Positions 10,601-19,914 of a stretch of 64,000 bases of DNA are shown piece after piece. Position 1 is the stretch's first letter, and every line of letters starts with the position of its first letter. The translations under genes were made by a program, and so were the position numbers. Source of the stretch: Spirochaetia bacterium (lineage in GTDB: Bacteria > Spirochaetota > Spirochaetia > SP-2023); the NCBI GenBank assembly GCA_965225855.1, contig CBDDCK010000005.1, positions 288,001 through 352,000 of the forward strand. Reading direction: 5' to 3'. The notes below the pieces were generated by a model that was given only the letters and a program-made list of their open reading frames with translations, searched no databases and had not been told where the DNA came from.

Positions 10601-11567
10601 AGGCCAATTGTATCAGCTTCGTGGGCGGGTGGGGCGTTCGGCTCAATTGGCCTATGCATATTTGTTCTATCCCGACCGCAGTGGCCTTAGTGATTTGGCT
10701 TTGAAGCGTTTAAAGATTATTTCGGACTTTACGGAGCTTGGTTCGGGCTTTAAGGTTGCCATGAAGGATTTAGAAGTGCGCGGCGCAGGTAATCTATTGG
10801 GACCAGAGCAATCTGGCAATATTATCTCGGTGGGCTTTGAAATGTATAGCACTATGCTGGCCCAGGCCATGAATGAGCGCAAGTACCAATTGGAGAGCGA
10901 AAACCAAGCGAGATCGAGAAAAGCACAACCAACCAATGAAGAGGTGTTACTAGAATTAGACTACAGTGGCTTTATCCCCGATACCTATATCCCCGATGCA
11001 ACCGAAAAGATTGAGCTATACAAACGCATTTCTTCTATTGACCGAGCAGAAACCTTGATTGCTTTTTATGAAGAATTGTTTGACCGCTTTGGCAATCCGC
11101 CCAGTGAAGTGCATTCGTTGTTGTCACTAGCGGAGGTGCGGATTCTCTGCTGCCAAGTGGGCATTAACTGCTTGAAGGAGCGGGGCCAGCAAGTAGAGCT
11201 GCAGTTTTCCAAAGCGCAGCCCTTGCCACTGGAAAAGATTATGCAGCAAATTCAACGGTACCCAAAAGTGTTCCGCATTGACCCTAAGCGCAGCAATGCT
11301 TTGTTGATAGATTTAGGTTCCTTTATGGAACAGGAACAACAGCAAATGGCTGGTAGCCACAAACAAACGCAACCCTTGGCCCAACAAGGTAGCAAAAGCC
11401 AAGCCAAGCGCAATGCTAACTACCTTGGTTACTTTAAGCAAGAGCAACCGCAGCAAAGCCCAACGGCCAAACAGCTAGAAAAGCAAACCACTAAGCGCAA
11501 GAGCGAAAGCCCCTTGCTACAAAAAACCACCGCCCTGCACAAATTGCTTAGCTCATTTCAAGGCTGA
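7674..11567 (+). CDS. mfd: Transcription-repair coupling factor
   Basis: UvrB-like GEFALRG, CarD/RID VVHVQHGVG, GDVGFGKTEVA, DEEQRFGV, QLRGRVGR, TRCF C-terminal domain. Confidence 0.97.
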   Translation: MNPDISTKQTPQRLLELLQKRIFRENTCWAKQLWRESTQLNPAIAISQILQQHSKLLVVLPSSEEIQQIADDLQALGIEPLILHNWSSSLYKGIRSQNRLFTKRSSVLARILLNTSSAPLPILCSLRSLAKVLPPPAEFRKQILQLQVGSELQPSNLAQLLSSYGYYRVPRVSLPGEFALRGQVLDFYPPEDGASHTTSETHEVGRPSKVASQQAVRVMFGFDEVEMLKVFDISSQISQYSIASFSLYPLKEVLWHQIQLDNLRQHLEETLLGELEQGNIDEELLNAQLDEVNHLLGQLAIQQEVKAEELLFPFAWQQPASILDYIAESPLLFWGHQRIEQQEQSYLLELETLYEQSMAAFQQANHSSKGSKGSSKQVERIFPESLQRKLLHPKYFAVDLSALLSSCAQPIIVDEFEGSPWPIEFESPLQYYGNINRFTEDLSHWLEQGFCICIGCSSKGQAQRLHHMLQATIQPYLPADHQGQQSSGQEQGVHFFPFQLSQGMLFPKQKLVLVQEWEILGNAYKGRHQGGQKARNSEKAERIANRLSQSQIISSFVELREGDTVVHVQHGVGRFKGIERVSTSRMERDYLALEYANGNTLFVPIEQVNMVQRYIGSGGESSPKLDRIGGKAWQERKAKTQKAVEDMADRLLRLYTRRAAVDGFACAPDDELVEEFEADFPYDPTTDQLQAVVQIKEDLESPRPMDRLLCGDVGFGKTEVAMRASFKVASQGRQVLVLCPTTILAEQHYQNFSQRFSRFPLRVAMLSRFVERKQQKEVLDSLEHGKVDILIGTHRILAKDIHFHDLGLIVVDEEQRFGVKHKERLKMLKTSVDSLTMSATPIPRTLHMSLVQIRDISMLTTPPRNRQPVETFVREFNPQSIANAIRHELSRNGQVFYLHNRVEGLEEILIFLRDLVPEALIEMAHGQMDSKMLEDIMYRFVHGGFNVLLATTIIENGIDIPNVNTIIIDRADRYGIGQLYQLRGRVGRSAQLAYAYLFYPDRSGLSDLALKRLKIISDFTELGSGFKVAMKDLEVRGAGNLLGPEQSGNIISVGFEMYSTMLAQAMNERKYQLESENQARSRKAQPTNEEVLLELDYSGFIPDTYIPDATEKIELYKRISSIDRAETLIAFYEELFDRFGNPPSEVHSLLSLAEVRILCCQVGINCLKERGQQVELQFSKAQPLPLEKIMQQIQRYPKVFRIDPKRSNALLIDLGSFMEQEQQQMAGSHKQTQPLAQQGSKSQAKRNANYLGYFKQEQPQQSPTAKQLEKQTTKRKSESPLLQKTTALHKLLSSFQG

Positions 11568-11640
11568 TTGCAAGGCCATTAACCGTAGGTACTACTCATG
11601 ACTAAGCCTCAACTTTGCTAGTCTTACGCCCTACAAGCTA

Positions 11641-11664
11641 TATTCTTGACGGCCGTCAAGAATA
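11641..11664. repeat. Perfect 24-bp palindrome
   Basis: TATTCTTGACGGCCGTCAAGAATA equals its own reverse complement. Confidence 0.9.
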
Positions 11665-11732
11665 GCTCTGGTAACTGAACTAATAGGGGTTCTCTAAGGG
11701 CAAATCACTCTGCTGCATGCCCGACTTACTGC

Positions 11733-12194
11733 TTAGGCTTGGGCTTGGGCCACTTGCTCCGCTGCTCGCGCTGCTTTTCCATTCCATTGGGCAACCATAG
11801 AACATGGGGAATCATAGAACATGCCGTGCATAGTGCTAACGCGGGAAGTGTCCCAAGCGTCAATCGCTTGGTTAAAGGCTTTGGCCCTCCAGAACATGCG
11901 TTCCATAGTGGCAACACGGGAGGTGTCCCAACAGCTAATATCGCCGTTAAAGCCTGCGTTGTCTTTGAACAGCTCGGACATATGGCTAATGGCAGAAGTG
12001 TCTATATGGTTGAGGTTGGCCGTATCGTCAGCTTGTTCAATTAGGGCCGTGTGGCTAACGGCCTTACAATGGGCCGGCCTTGTTTACTGCTTGGGCTTTT
12101 GGGCCGTGGACCCAGTTTGGCCAGCCACTAGCGCAAGGGTTAGCCAAGCCCAAACGATCGGCCCGGCTATTATCTGCTGTTTATTGCTATACAT
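11733..12194 (-). pseudogene. BspA/DUF285-type surface repeat protein, interrupted
   Basis: RBS AAGGAG, ATG 12194, in-frame TAA at about 12084-12086, then LNHIDTS and FNGDISCWDTSRVATMERMF repeats. Confidence 0.75.
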
Positions 12195-12401
12195 ATTGGA
12201 TATACTCCTTAGCTATAATTGCGCAGCATTATGCGGTTATCGGGTTATAGTGTCAAGCTAGGGGCAAAAAATTGTATGATTGCTGGGGCTAGTGTAACAT
12301 TTGTCTAAATACTGTATCATCACTGGCTGCTCTAGCTTTCTAGCTATCTTTGGGCCTAGGCTACCAAACTAGGCCCTATCCCAATTAACAGAGGTGTTAT
12401 T

Positions 12402-13493
12402 ATGTCTCGTAAATCTTCCGTACTTTTGCCCGATAGTATTGCCCCCGATCTGCTGCCGTCCATTGATGTGCCCCAGTTTCGCGGCGGTAGCCGTGGCTAT
12501 GATGTTTGGCGTAAAGCCGATGCCAGCCGTGTGACCCAGCCCCGCCCGATTATAATAGACTGTGATCCCGGGCTTGATGATGCAGTTGCCCTAATGTTGG
12601 CCTGTGCCCACCCCCACAGTATAGACCTACAATTAGTAACCACAGTCTGCGGCAACAGCCATGTGGCCCAGCTGACCAACAATGCTTTACGCTTGTTGCA
12701 TTTGTTTGATTGTAGCCATATACCTGTGGCTCAAGGGTCGTCCCGACCATTGCAGTCCAGCTTGGTAACGGCCGAGTGCGTCCATGGTGTGGATGGCTTG
12801 GGCGGGGTCAAAATTCCCAACAGCCCGGTGGCTGCCATTGCCGATGATGCGGTTTCGGCAATGGCCAAAGCCGTGCAAAGCTGCCCTGCAATCACGATTG
12901 TTGCTACCGGGCCGCTCACCAATGTTGCGTTACTGCTCGAGCAATACCCACACTTAAAGCCCCAGATAATCCAAATAGTTAGCATGGGTGGTGCTGTTTT
13001 CGGCGGTAATATCAGCCCCGCAGCCGAATTTAATTATTATTGCGACCCAGAAAGCGCAGATATTGTCTTGCGCAGTGGTATCCCTGTAGCTATGTTTGGG
13101 CTAGATGTAACCGTACGGGCTAAGTTTTACCAGCACCATATTGATAGCTTGGTAGACACTCCGGCCAAGCGCAAAAATCCCGTGGCCCGCGTGTTCCACT
13201 ATTTAAGTCAATATTGCTTTGACCGCGAGCTACCGCACTTCCTCTATCCCCAAAGGCCACATGGTATGAATATGCACGATGTAACTTGTATTGCCTATTT
13301 GCTGCGCCCAGAGCTTTTCACTCTAAAGCCTTGCCATGTGGTTATCGAGCTAAAGGGCCAGTATACCCGTGGCCAAACGGTAGTGGACTTTCTGGATTTG
13401 ACCGGTCAGCCCCACAATGTAGATGTCGCTTTCCGATTAGATGCCGATGCCTTTTGTTCACTAATTACCGATGCAGTGGCTTCTTACAGTTAA
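12402..13493 (+). CDS. Nucleoside hydrolase (IUNH/Rih family)
   Basis: DCDPGLDDA, VHGVDGLG, TGPLTN, AEFN, MHD motifs. Confidence 0.93.
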   Translation: MSRKSSVLLPDSIAPDLLPSIDVPQFRGGSRGYDVWRKADASRVTQPRPIIIDCDPGLDDAVALMLACAHPHSIDLQLVTTVCGNSHVAQLTNNALRLLHLFDCSHIPVAQGSSRPLQSSLVTAECVHGVDGLGGVKIPNSPVAAIADDAVSAMAKAVQSCPAITIVATGPLTNVALLLEQYPHLKPQIIQIVSMGGAVFGGNISPAAEFNYYCDPESADIVLRSGIPVAMFGLDVTVRAKFYQHHIDSLVDTPAKRKNPVARVFHYLSQYCFDRELPHFLYPQRPHGMNMHDVTCIAYLLRPELFTLKPCHVVIELKGQYTRGQTVVDFLDLTGQPHNVDVAFRLDADAFCSLITDAVASYS

Positions 13494-14238
13494 AATCACA
13501 AGCCATACGCTATAGATCGGCTAACCAACAAAGTAAAACTCTGATAGGCCGTCCAAAGACATTCTTATAGGCCTATCAGAGTATCACAGCCCAAGCTAGA
13601 ACTGCTAAATTACCCTGAATACAATATTCGATGGGGCCAGTCCGCAGATTCTTCAACATGCTAGCACTGCTATATTGGGCCATCACCTTAACAGTGTATC
13701 GATCCCCAGATTGAAGTTAGGCAAATTCACAATCATCTCGTTAGGGCGGTTCGGAATAGCGATAGTTACTTTGGTTTGGCTGCTACCATTCACAGCCCAA
13801 TCGATGGGCAGTCCAATCCTGCTCTAGCCAATGTGCGTTTGTTTTGGGCCAAACGATAGCACATTGGCCTAGCTATGTCTAGCCTTTTGGTTAGCAATAG
13901 GTAAAAATGGCTTACCGCTTTGAAAGTTTATCCAATTGCTACTCTTTTATTCGTTAGGCTCTATAATATCTATTCTTATCGGCCGTCCAGAGAATTACTT
14001 GTAGTTTGGATATTATTGTGTGGTTCGCTCTAAGATAGGTAATGTATAGTTTGAGTGGTATTTGTTGGCCTTTATCGATAAAAAAATGGCTCGCTTGCTT
14101 AAAAGATGGCTCCAATGGCTAATGTTTCATGGATTTTGCTCTTGAATAGACATTCTGCTAGGCCGTCGAGAAAGTTGCTTGACGGCCTAGCCTAGGCTAT
14201 CGCTTTAAGCCGATGGGCTTTATCTACATTGTGGCTTA

Positions 14239-15607
14239 CTAGCTAGTAACACTATCTAAGATAGCCTGCAATACAGCGCTAAGCACCCCCAGATTTTGGC
14301 AATGCTCGCGGATTTCATAGCTAGAGTTACTATCGTAGACCCGCCCGCCACCGCTGCGCACTAGGATTTTGTCATCATCAATCCAAGCACTGCCGATAAT
14401 AATGGCCGAGTCAGAACAACCATCATAATTAAAGTAGCCAATACAGCCACCATAACAACCGCGTGGGCTTTGTTGGTATTGGTCAATCAACTGAATGGCA
14501 CAGACTTTGTGGGGGCACCGCTCAAGGTAGCAGCAGGAAAGGTTTTGGCAAACAATTGATACGGCTTTTTATCGGGCATCAATTGCCCCTGCACTTGAGA
14601 AACAATGTGCACCACGTGCGACTAGACTTCCGGCGCAAACTCCTAGACGGTGCGTACCGAAGTAGGCCAACAATTGGTATATAAGTCGTTCCGAGCCAAA
14701 TCAATGAGCATTAGATGCTCTGATCGATCGTTTGGGTCTTGCAGCAAGTCCTCGATAACACTCTGCAATTCTTGTTGACTAAGATTTTCTGCCAAAGGCC
14801 TTGTGCTTGCAATCGGCTTGATGCAAGCCAAGCCATTATGGTAGCGCAAGTGCGTCTGGGGCGAGCTGCCCACCAAATGCTGGCCACCGTTTTTGCTGGT
14901 GCGCTATCGTTAGAGCCTCTGTACTGTGCTCGATGGCATGCCGGGCACCCAAAGGAGGCAAGGGCTGCAAATGCACAGCAAATAGCCGTTGCCCCGCATT
15001 GTCGATCACAAAGAAACGCTGCACCTCATAAAACAGCATTTCGGGCTGCTGGCCATAGATAGAACCATGGGTGCTAAGCTGGCGCAAGGGTTGGCCCAGT
15101 GCCCCCATGTGCCTCACCGCCTGATAGCCAAACATACCCACCAAGCCCCCATGGAACCCTTGCCATTGGGGGTTAGATCGTTCTTCCCGACTAATAGGCA
15201 ATAGCGATATTTGGCTACTGCATTGGAATAATAGTTCAAAGAAGTTAGGACTGTCCGCTAAAGTTTCCTTAGCCGCTAGGTAATGTTCGGGGGTTTTTTG
15301 CGGTAATCTGTAAGCCAAAACTCGGCCCCACCTTGAGTGGTTGTAAAGCAGCGGAACGCTTTTCCATCTGGTAACCAAAGAATGAATAGCGCGCAATAGT
15401 CTTTTCCGCTGTTGCGTTCTCTAGTAAAAAGAAGTGCTCTTCATGCTCTAAGGCCCGCAAGATGCTTACGGGATTGGCACAATCAAAGTCTAGTGAACAA
15501 CTCATAGCTATATGAGTGGCCTGTGCATGGGCTTGCAAAGCACTACCAACACTTTGGCAGAATTGTTCTAAGTTGGGGAAGCAAGTCAGTTTCATCTGCA
15601 TCTGCAT
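14239..15607 (-). pseudogene. trpE: Anthranilate synthase component I-like gene, fragmented by several frameshifts
   Basis: Fragments carry FLLE...ARYSF, GGLVGMFGY, VGSSP, EHLMLIDLARND and RG.YGG.IGY in different frames. Confidence 0.85.
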
Positions 15608-15660
15608 ATAGTTATCAAAGGAATTATTGATGATCGCTGCTAGAGGGCACTGCTAGAGTG

Positions 15661-16959
15661 TTACTCTCCTGCAAGAAATTCTTCAACACTAAGGCCCAGC
15701 CAATGGTAGAGCACCTTGCCGAAACAATCTTGGCGCAAAGCACAGCGAATATCGCGCATTAAAGCGTTGATCTGGAAGACGTTATTGAGTGTTAATATTT
15801 GGGCTCCCAGCATTTCATTACTGCGCAGCAGGTGTTGAATATAGGCCTTACTGTAAGCCAATTCCCCCGGCAGGGCATAAGATGCAGAAGGACAATATAA
15901 TTGTTCTGTGCTAAACAATGGGCTAGAATCATTGCGGAAGCGGTTTTGCTTTACACTCACTTGGGCTGCTTGAAAGCCAGCCTTATTGTGGCCACAAGCA
16001 TAAGGCAATATTGCACAGCCATGGCGCGCTAGCCTTGTGGGGTGCACACAGTCAAATGTATCAATACCTTGCAGCACGCCCCAAAATATATCGGGGATAT
16101 GGCCGATCCCTAATAAGTGAATCGGGCGAGCCAAAGGTAACAAAGGGGCTGTATTTGCCGTTACTTGCCACATTTGGTTGCGAGTTTTGCCCAAGCAGCC
16201 ACCAATTGCTGTACCAAAGAAAGGCAATGCCATTACGCCCTTGGCACTAAGCTGGCGCAGCTCAGGATAAATTCCCCCTTGGACTACTCCATATATCGCT
16301 TGCGAACCGTCATCGTGGGCTACAAACTCGGCCAATGAACGATTGCCCCAGCGCAGCGACATTTCCATTGAGGCCTTGGTATAACTTTGGGAAACGTGGT
16401 ATGGGGTGCATTCATCGAACTGTACCATAAAGTCTACTCCCAACTGCCGTTGTATCGCTACGGAAGATTCGGGCGATAGTGCAACTTTGGCACCGTCAAT
16501 ATAAGAGCCAAACAAAACACCTTCCTCACTTATTTTGAGTAGCTTTTCTGAAGTATAGCCTTGTTTACGGTTGCCTTTAACTTCTTCACTGACCGAGCCG
16601 TGCCCCATAGCAAAAACTTGGTAGCCACCTGAATCACTTAGCAAAGGCCCGTCCCAACGCATAAAGCGATGGAGACCACCCTGCTTGGCAATCAATTCTG
16701 CGCCGGGACTAAGCATTAAATGGTAGGTATTACTTAAAATAATATCGCTTTGCGTAGCCCGTAAAGCATCGCTACTCATGCCTTTTACATTGGCCTTGGT
16801 TCCACAAAAAATAAAATTTGGTGTTTCAATACTACCGTGCGGGCAAGATAATTTACCACTACGGGCTCGGTGATTTTTTAGACAAAACTCTGAAAGTTGG
16901 GCAAGATGGTAATGGTACTGAAAAACAGAATTGGGTTGGTTGTATAAAGGCTGATTCAT
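15661..16959 (-). CDS. tgt: tRNA-guanine transglycosylase
   Basis: ETPNF, NTYHL, DSGGYQ, FDECT, VQGG, HLLGIG, FDCVHPTRLARHG. Confidence 0.93.
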   Translation of the reverse strand: MNQPLYNQPNSVFQYHYHLAQLSEFCLKNHRARSGKLSCPHGSIETPNFIFCGTKANVKGMSSDALRATQSDIILSNTYHLMLSPGAELIAKQGGLHRFMRWDGPLLSDSGGYQVFAMGHGSVSEEVKGNRKQGYTSEKLLKISEEGVLFGSYIDGAKVALSPESSVAIQRQLGVDFMVQFDECTPYHVSQSYTKASMEMSLRWGNRSLAEFVAHDDGSQAIYGVVQGGIYPELRQLSAKGVMALPFFGTAIGGCLGKTRNQMWQVTANTAPLLPLARPIHLLGIGHIPDIFWGVLQGIDTFDCVHPTRLARHGCAILPYACGHNKAGFQAAQVSVKQNRFRNDSSPLFSTEQLYCPSASYALPGELAYSKAYIQHLLRSNEMLGAQILTLNNVFQINALMRDIRCALRQDCFGKVLYHWLGLSVEEFLAGE

Positions 16960-16974
16960 TGGGCTGAAATTTCC

Positions 16975-17730
16975 TTATTTCAATGTCAAACAAGCTTTTA
17001 ATAATTGTCGAAATTCAAGATAGTTACTTGAATCCAACAATCCCAGTAGCCCTTGGCGTTGCAACATCGTAAAAAAATTCTGCAATACAAAATAGTCTTC
17101 TCTGGTATCTAGTGTTAAACGCAATTTTGACGCTGCTAAAAATTCAGAATGTCTTAATAGTTTATCCAATTCATCATAACACAAACTATACTGCCCTGGA
17201 TTGCGATACAAAAAACGGGTAACATGTTCTCTATCTGCAAAATCTAATGGCCCTCCTTCAAGAGGATTATCCAGAGCATCTAAAGCCAACAAAACTTCGC
17301 TGCGAAACAACTCGGCTGCAACACCATAAGGCAGTCCGCTAATCCAATAATAATCAGGAGTTGGGCGTTTTTGTTGCCATTGCTCGGCCATAAAATCCAA
17401 TAACGAACCGAATAATAAGGGATTATCTCCTGTAGCACGAAAACAATAGCGGGAAGGATAATACCGCAAAGCCTTAACAAACCGTTGCAAAACATTTGCC
17501 TTAGAACCACCAAATAACTCAAAACCATAATCACGAGCATAGGGAGCCAATATTTTTGAATCTTGCTCTGGGCAAAGCAGTAAAAAGCGCTCGACTTTTT
17601 TACTCTGGCGCAAATGCCGCAATACCCAAACCAAGCAACTCTTGCCAGCTAATGGCAGTAAGGCTTTGCCCGGCAACCGCTGTGAATCCAGCCGTACTTG
17701 CAACGCAACTTGATAAACAACTTCAGACAT
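16975..17730 (-). CDS. SpsF-like cytidylyltransferase (CTP_transf_3)
   Basis: QVRLDSQRLPGKALL, RATGDNP, REHVT, RLTLDTREDY. Confidence 0.85.
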   Translation of the reverse strand: MSEVVYQVALQVRLDSQRLPGKALLPLAGKSCLVWVLRHLRQSKKVERFLLLCPEQDSKILAPYARDYGFELFGGSKANVLQRFVKALRYYPSRYCFRATGDNPLLFGSLLDFMAEQWQQKRPTPDYYWISGLPYGVAAELFRSEVLLALDALDNPLEGGPLDFADREHVTRFLYRNPGQYSLCYDELDKLLRHSEFLAASKLRLTLDTREDYFVLQNFFTMLQRQGLLGLLDSSNYLEFRQLLKACLTLK

Positions 17731-19863
17731 TTACATATTCAATAATTTTTCCAGCTCAATAATTTTAGAATATTTCGGGTCGGCACGGCGCAATCGCTCT
17801 AATGTAATGCGAGCTTTATCCCTTTGGTTAGCAGAAAGATATTCCTTTATCAATAAGTAATAAGCTTCAATCATTTTGCTATCAAAGGTCAAGGTTTTTT
17901 CCAAACTGCCAATGGCATCATCATGATGCTCTGTGGCCACATCGACCAAAGCCAAGTTAAACCATAAGTTACTATTGCTGGGGTCTTCTTCAATTGCCTT
18001 ACGGAAAAATATACGGCTTTGATCAAAACGTTCGGTATTCATGTAAGCCAAACCTAAATTATTAATAATTTTGCGATCTTTTGGGTTGTGCTCATAAGCC
18101 TTTTGAAAAATTTTTAAAGCATCGTCATAAGCTTTCGCTTTTAAATAAATATTACCTTGTGTCAATAAAAAGTCCACATTATTAGGGAATTGATCGGCTG
18201 CAAATGCAAGCGTTTTTTGGGCTTCTTCTTTTTTTCCTGAAGCAATTTGCGCATCCGCTAAACCCAATATATATTCCGGTCGCTTACTATCCAAATCGAC
18301 CGCTTTATCAAAAGCTGTTTCTGCTTTGGTAAATTGGGCACTATTATAATAGCTAAGCCCCATATTGTAATTGACTTGGCCCCGTTCTGTTTGCCCCCTG
18401 CTAACATTATCTGCCAACTTATACGTGTCGGCAGCCTCCTCGTAACGTTTTAAATCAAATAAAATCGCACCTTTTGTTTGTAGATAACGGCTATCGCCTG
18501 CTTTCAAAGCCAAAGCTGCTTCTACATGCTCCAAAGCTTCATTGATATTGGATTGCTCTAATTCCAATTTTGAAAGTTCCCAATAAGTTGCAGCATGCTC
18601 AAGCCCTTTAGCTATCGCCGTTTCAAAAGCCTTACGAGAATCCCGACTGCGCAACAATTGCTTGTAACTAAGACCAAGCGCATAGAATGCTCGCAAGTTT
18701 TGGCCACCGCTATCAATATACTCGTTAAAACTGTCTACAGCTTCCTGAAATCTTTTCGTGCGGTACAGAGCAATTCCTCGCAAGTAATTTAATTCGCTAT
18801 CAAAAGGATCTTCCACCTTTTCCAAAGCCTTATCATAGGCTTCTACCGCTTCACCCAGACGGTTTTGGTTATCCAAATTTTGGGCAAGGCCCGCTAAAGC
18901 TTCGGGCTGTTCTGGTTTTTTAGCCAATGCCTTGCGATAAGCACTCTCTGCTTCTTGCAAAGCTTTTTTTACTTCTGAGCTCTTGCTTCGTTGCTTACCA
19001 TTTTTTTGCCCAATTTGCTTTTCAATTTGCTTAGCCTTGGCAACGTTTGCTTCACTATCCAATGAATCTTTTTCTAATAATTTATCCACCAATTTCTCTA
19101 TAGCAGGATCGTCTCCTTTTTGGCGCGCTTTGACTAAAGCTTTGTGCATTTGTTCAATTTCATTGGCCGTATCTTCTCTCTCTTTTTGTTGCTCTTGGCT
19201 TTCATTTTTTCGCAAAGCAGCTTCTGCAGCTTCTAACAATTTACGTGCTGAAGGAAAGTTACTATTCAATTCTAATGCTTGCAATGCTTTATTTTTAGCA
19301 TCTTGCGCTGCAGTAATCGCATCTTCATCTGGGCTACTATCTTGGCTTTGACTATCCTTGAGTACGTCTTGCCCTTGGCGAACAAGTTCTTCTGCTTCGC
19401 GTTTGCGCTGCTCTTCTTGATTTTGTTGACCCTGCTGCTCACTTTTGAAATTTTCCAGCTGCTGCCATAAGTCATTGGTTCGGTTTTGCAATGCTGTATT
19501 CTGTTTAATTAAATTATCCACGAGATCGCGCTGATCATTATCCTGAGCGGAAACCATTTGGTTTCTATCGTATTCTTGCTTCCTGGCAAGAATACGTTCC
19601 AATTCCTGTTGCAACTCGGCATCATCAGGATTTTGTTGTAATGCCTGATTCAATAAACTGAATGATTCGCTAAATTGGCCTGCATCGACATATTTTTCCA
19701 ATAGTTTTTTCAAACCGGCCTTATCGGCTAGCTGTTCACTGTTATTTCCTGCCAATTGCTTCCAAAGCAAAGCCCCACCACCAACACCAGCTAAAGACGC
19801 AAATAATAATATAAGGACTAAAGCTTTTTTGCGTTTTTTTTCATTGTCTTTTGAGTCTGTCAT
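17731..19863 (-). CDS. Membrane-anchored TPR protein
   Basis: N-terminal TM helix, coiled coil, many C-terminal TPR motifs. Confidence 0.85.
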   Translation of the reverse strand: MTDSKDNEKKRKKALVLILLFASLAGVGGGALLWKQLAGNNSEQLADKAGLKKLLEKYVDAGQFSESFSLLNQALQQNPDDAELQQELERILARKQEYDRNQMVSAQDNDQRDLVDNLIKQNTALQNRTNDLWQQLENFKSEQQGQQNQEEQRKREAEELVRQGQDVLKDSQSQDSSPDEDAITAAQDAKNKALQALELNSNFPSARKLLEAAEAALRKNESQEQQKEREDTANEIEQMHKALVKARQKGDDPAIEKLVDKLLEKDSLDSEANVAKAKQIEKQIGQKNGKQRSKSSEVKKALQEAESAYRKALAKKPEQPEALAGLAQNLDNQNRLGEAVEAYDKALEKVEDPFDSELNYLRGIALYRTKRFQEAVDSFNEYIDSGGQNLRAFYALGLSYKQLLRSRDSRKAFETAIAKGLEHAATYWELSKLELEQSNINEALEHVEAALALKAGDSRYLQTKGAILFDLKRYEEAADTYKLADNVSRGQTERGQVNYNMGLSYYNSAQFTKAETAFDKAVDLDSKRPEYILGLADAQIASGKKEEAQKTLAFAADQFPNNVDFLLTQGNIYLKAKAYDDALKIFQKAYEHNPKDRKIINNLGLAYMNTERFDQSRIFFRKAIEEDPSNSNLWFNLALVDVATEHHDDAIGSLEKTLTFDSKMIEAYYLLIKEYLSANQRDKARITLERLRRADPKYSKIIELEKLLNM

Positions 19864-19914
19864 TATTGCTCCTAAATAATTTTTTCAATTGGTTATTCAT
19901 TTTATGATACCATA

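Noticed and set aside
14239..15607. Programmed frameshifting or an alternative genetic code explaining broken genes
   Set aside because: Lesions are multiple and heterogeneous, while long core genes read normally in the standard code.
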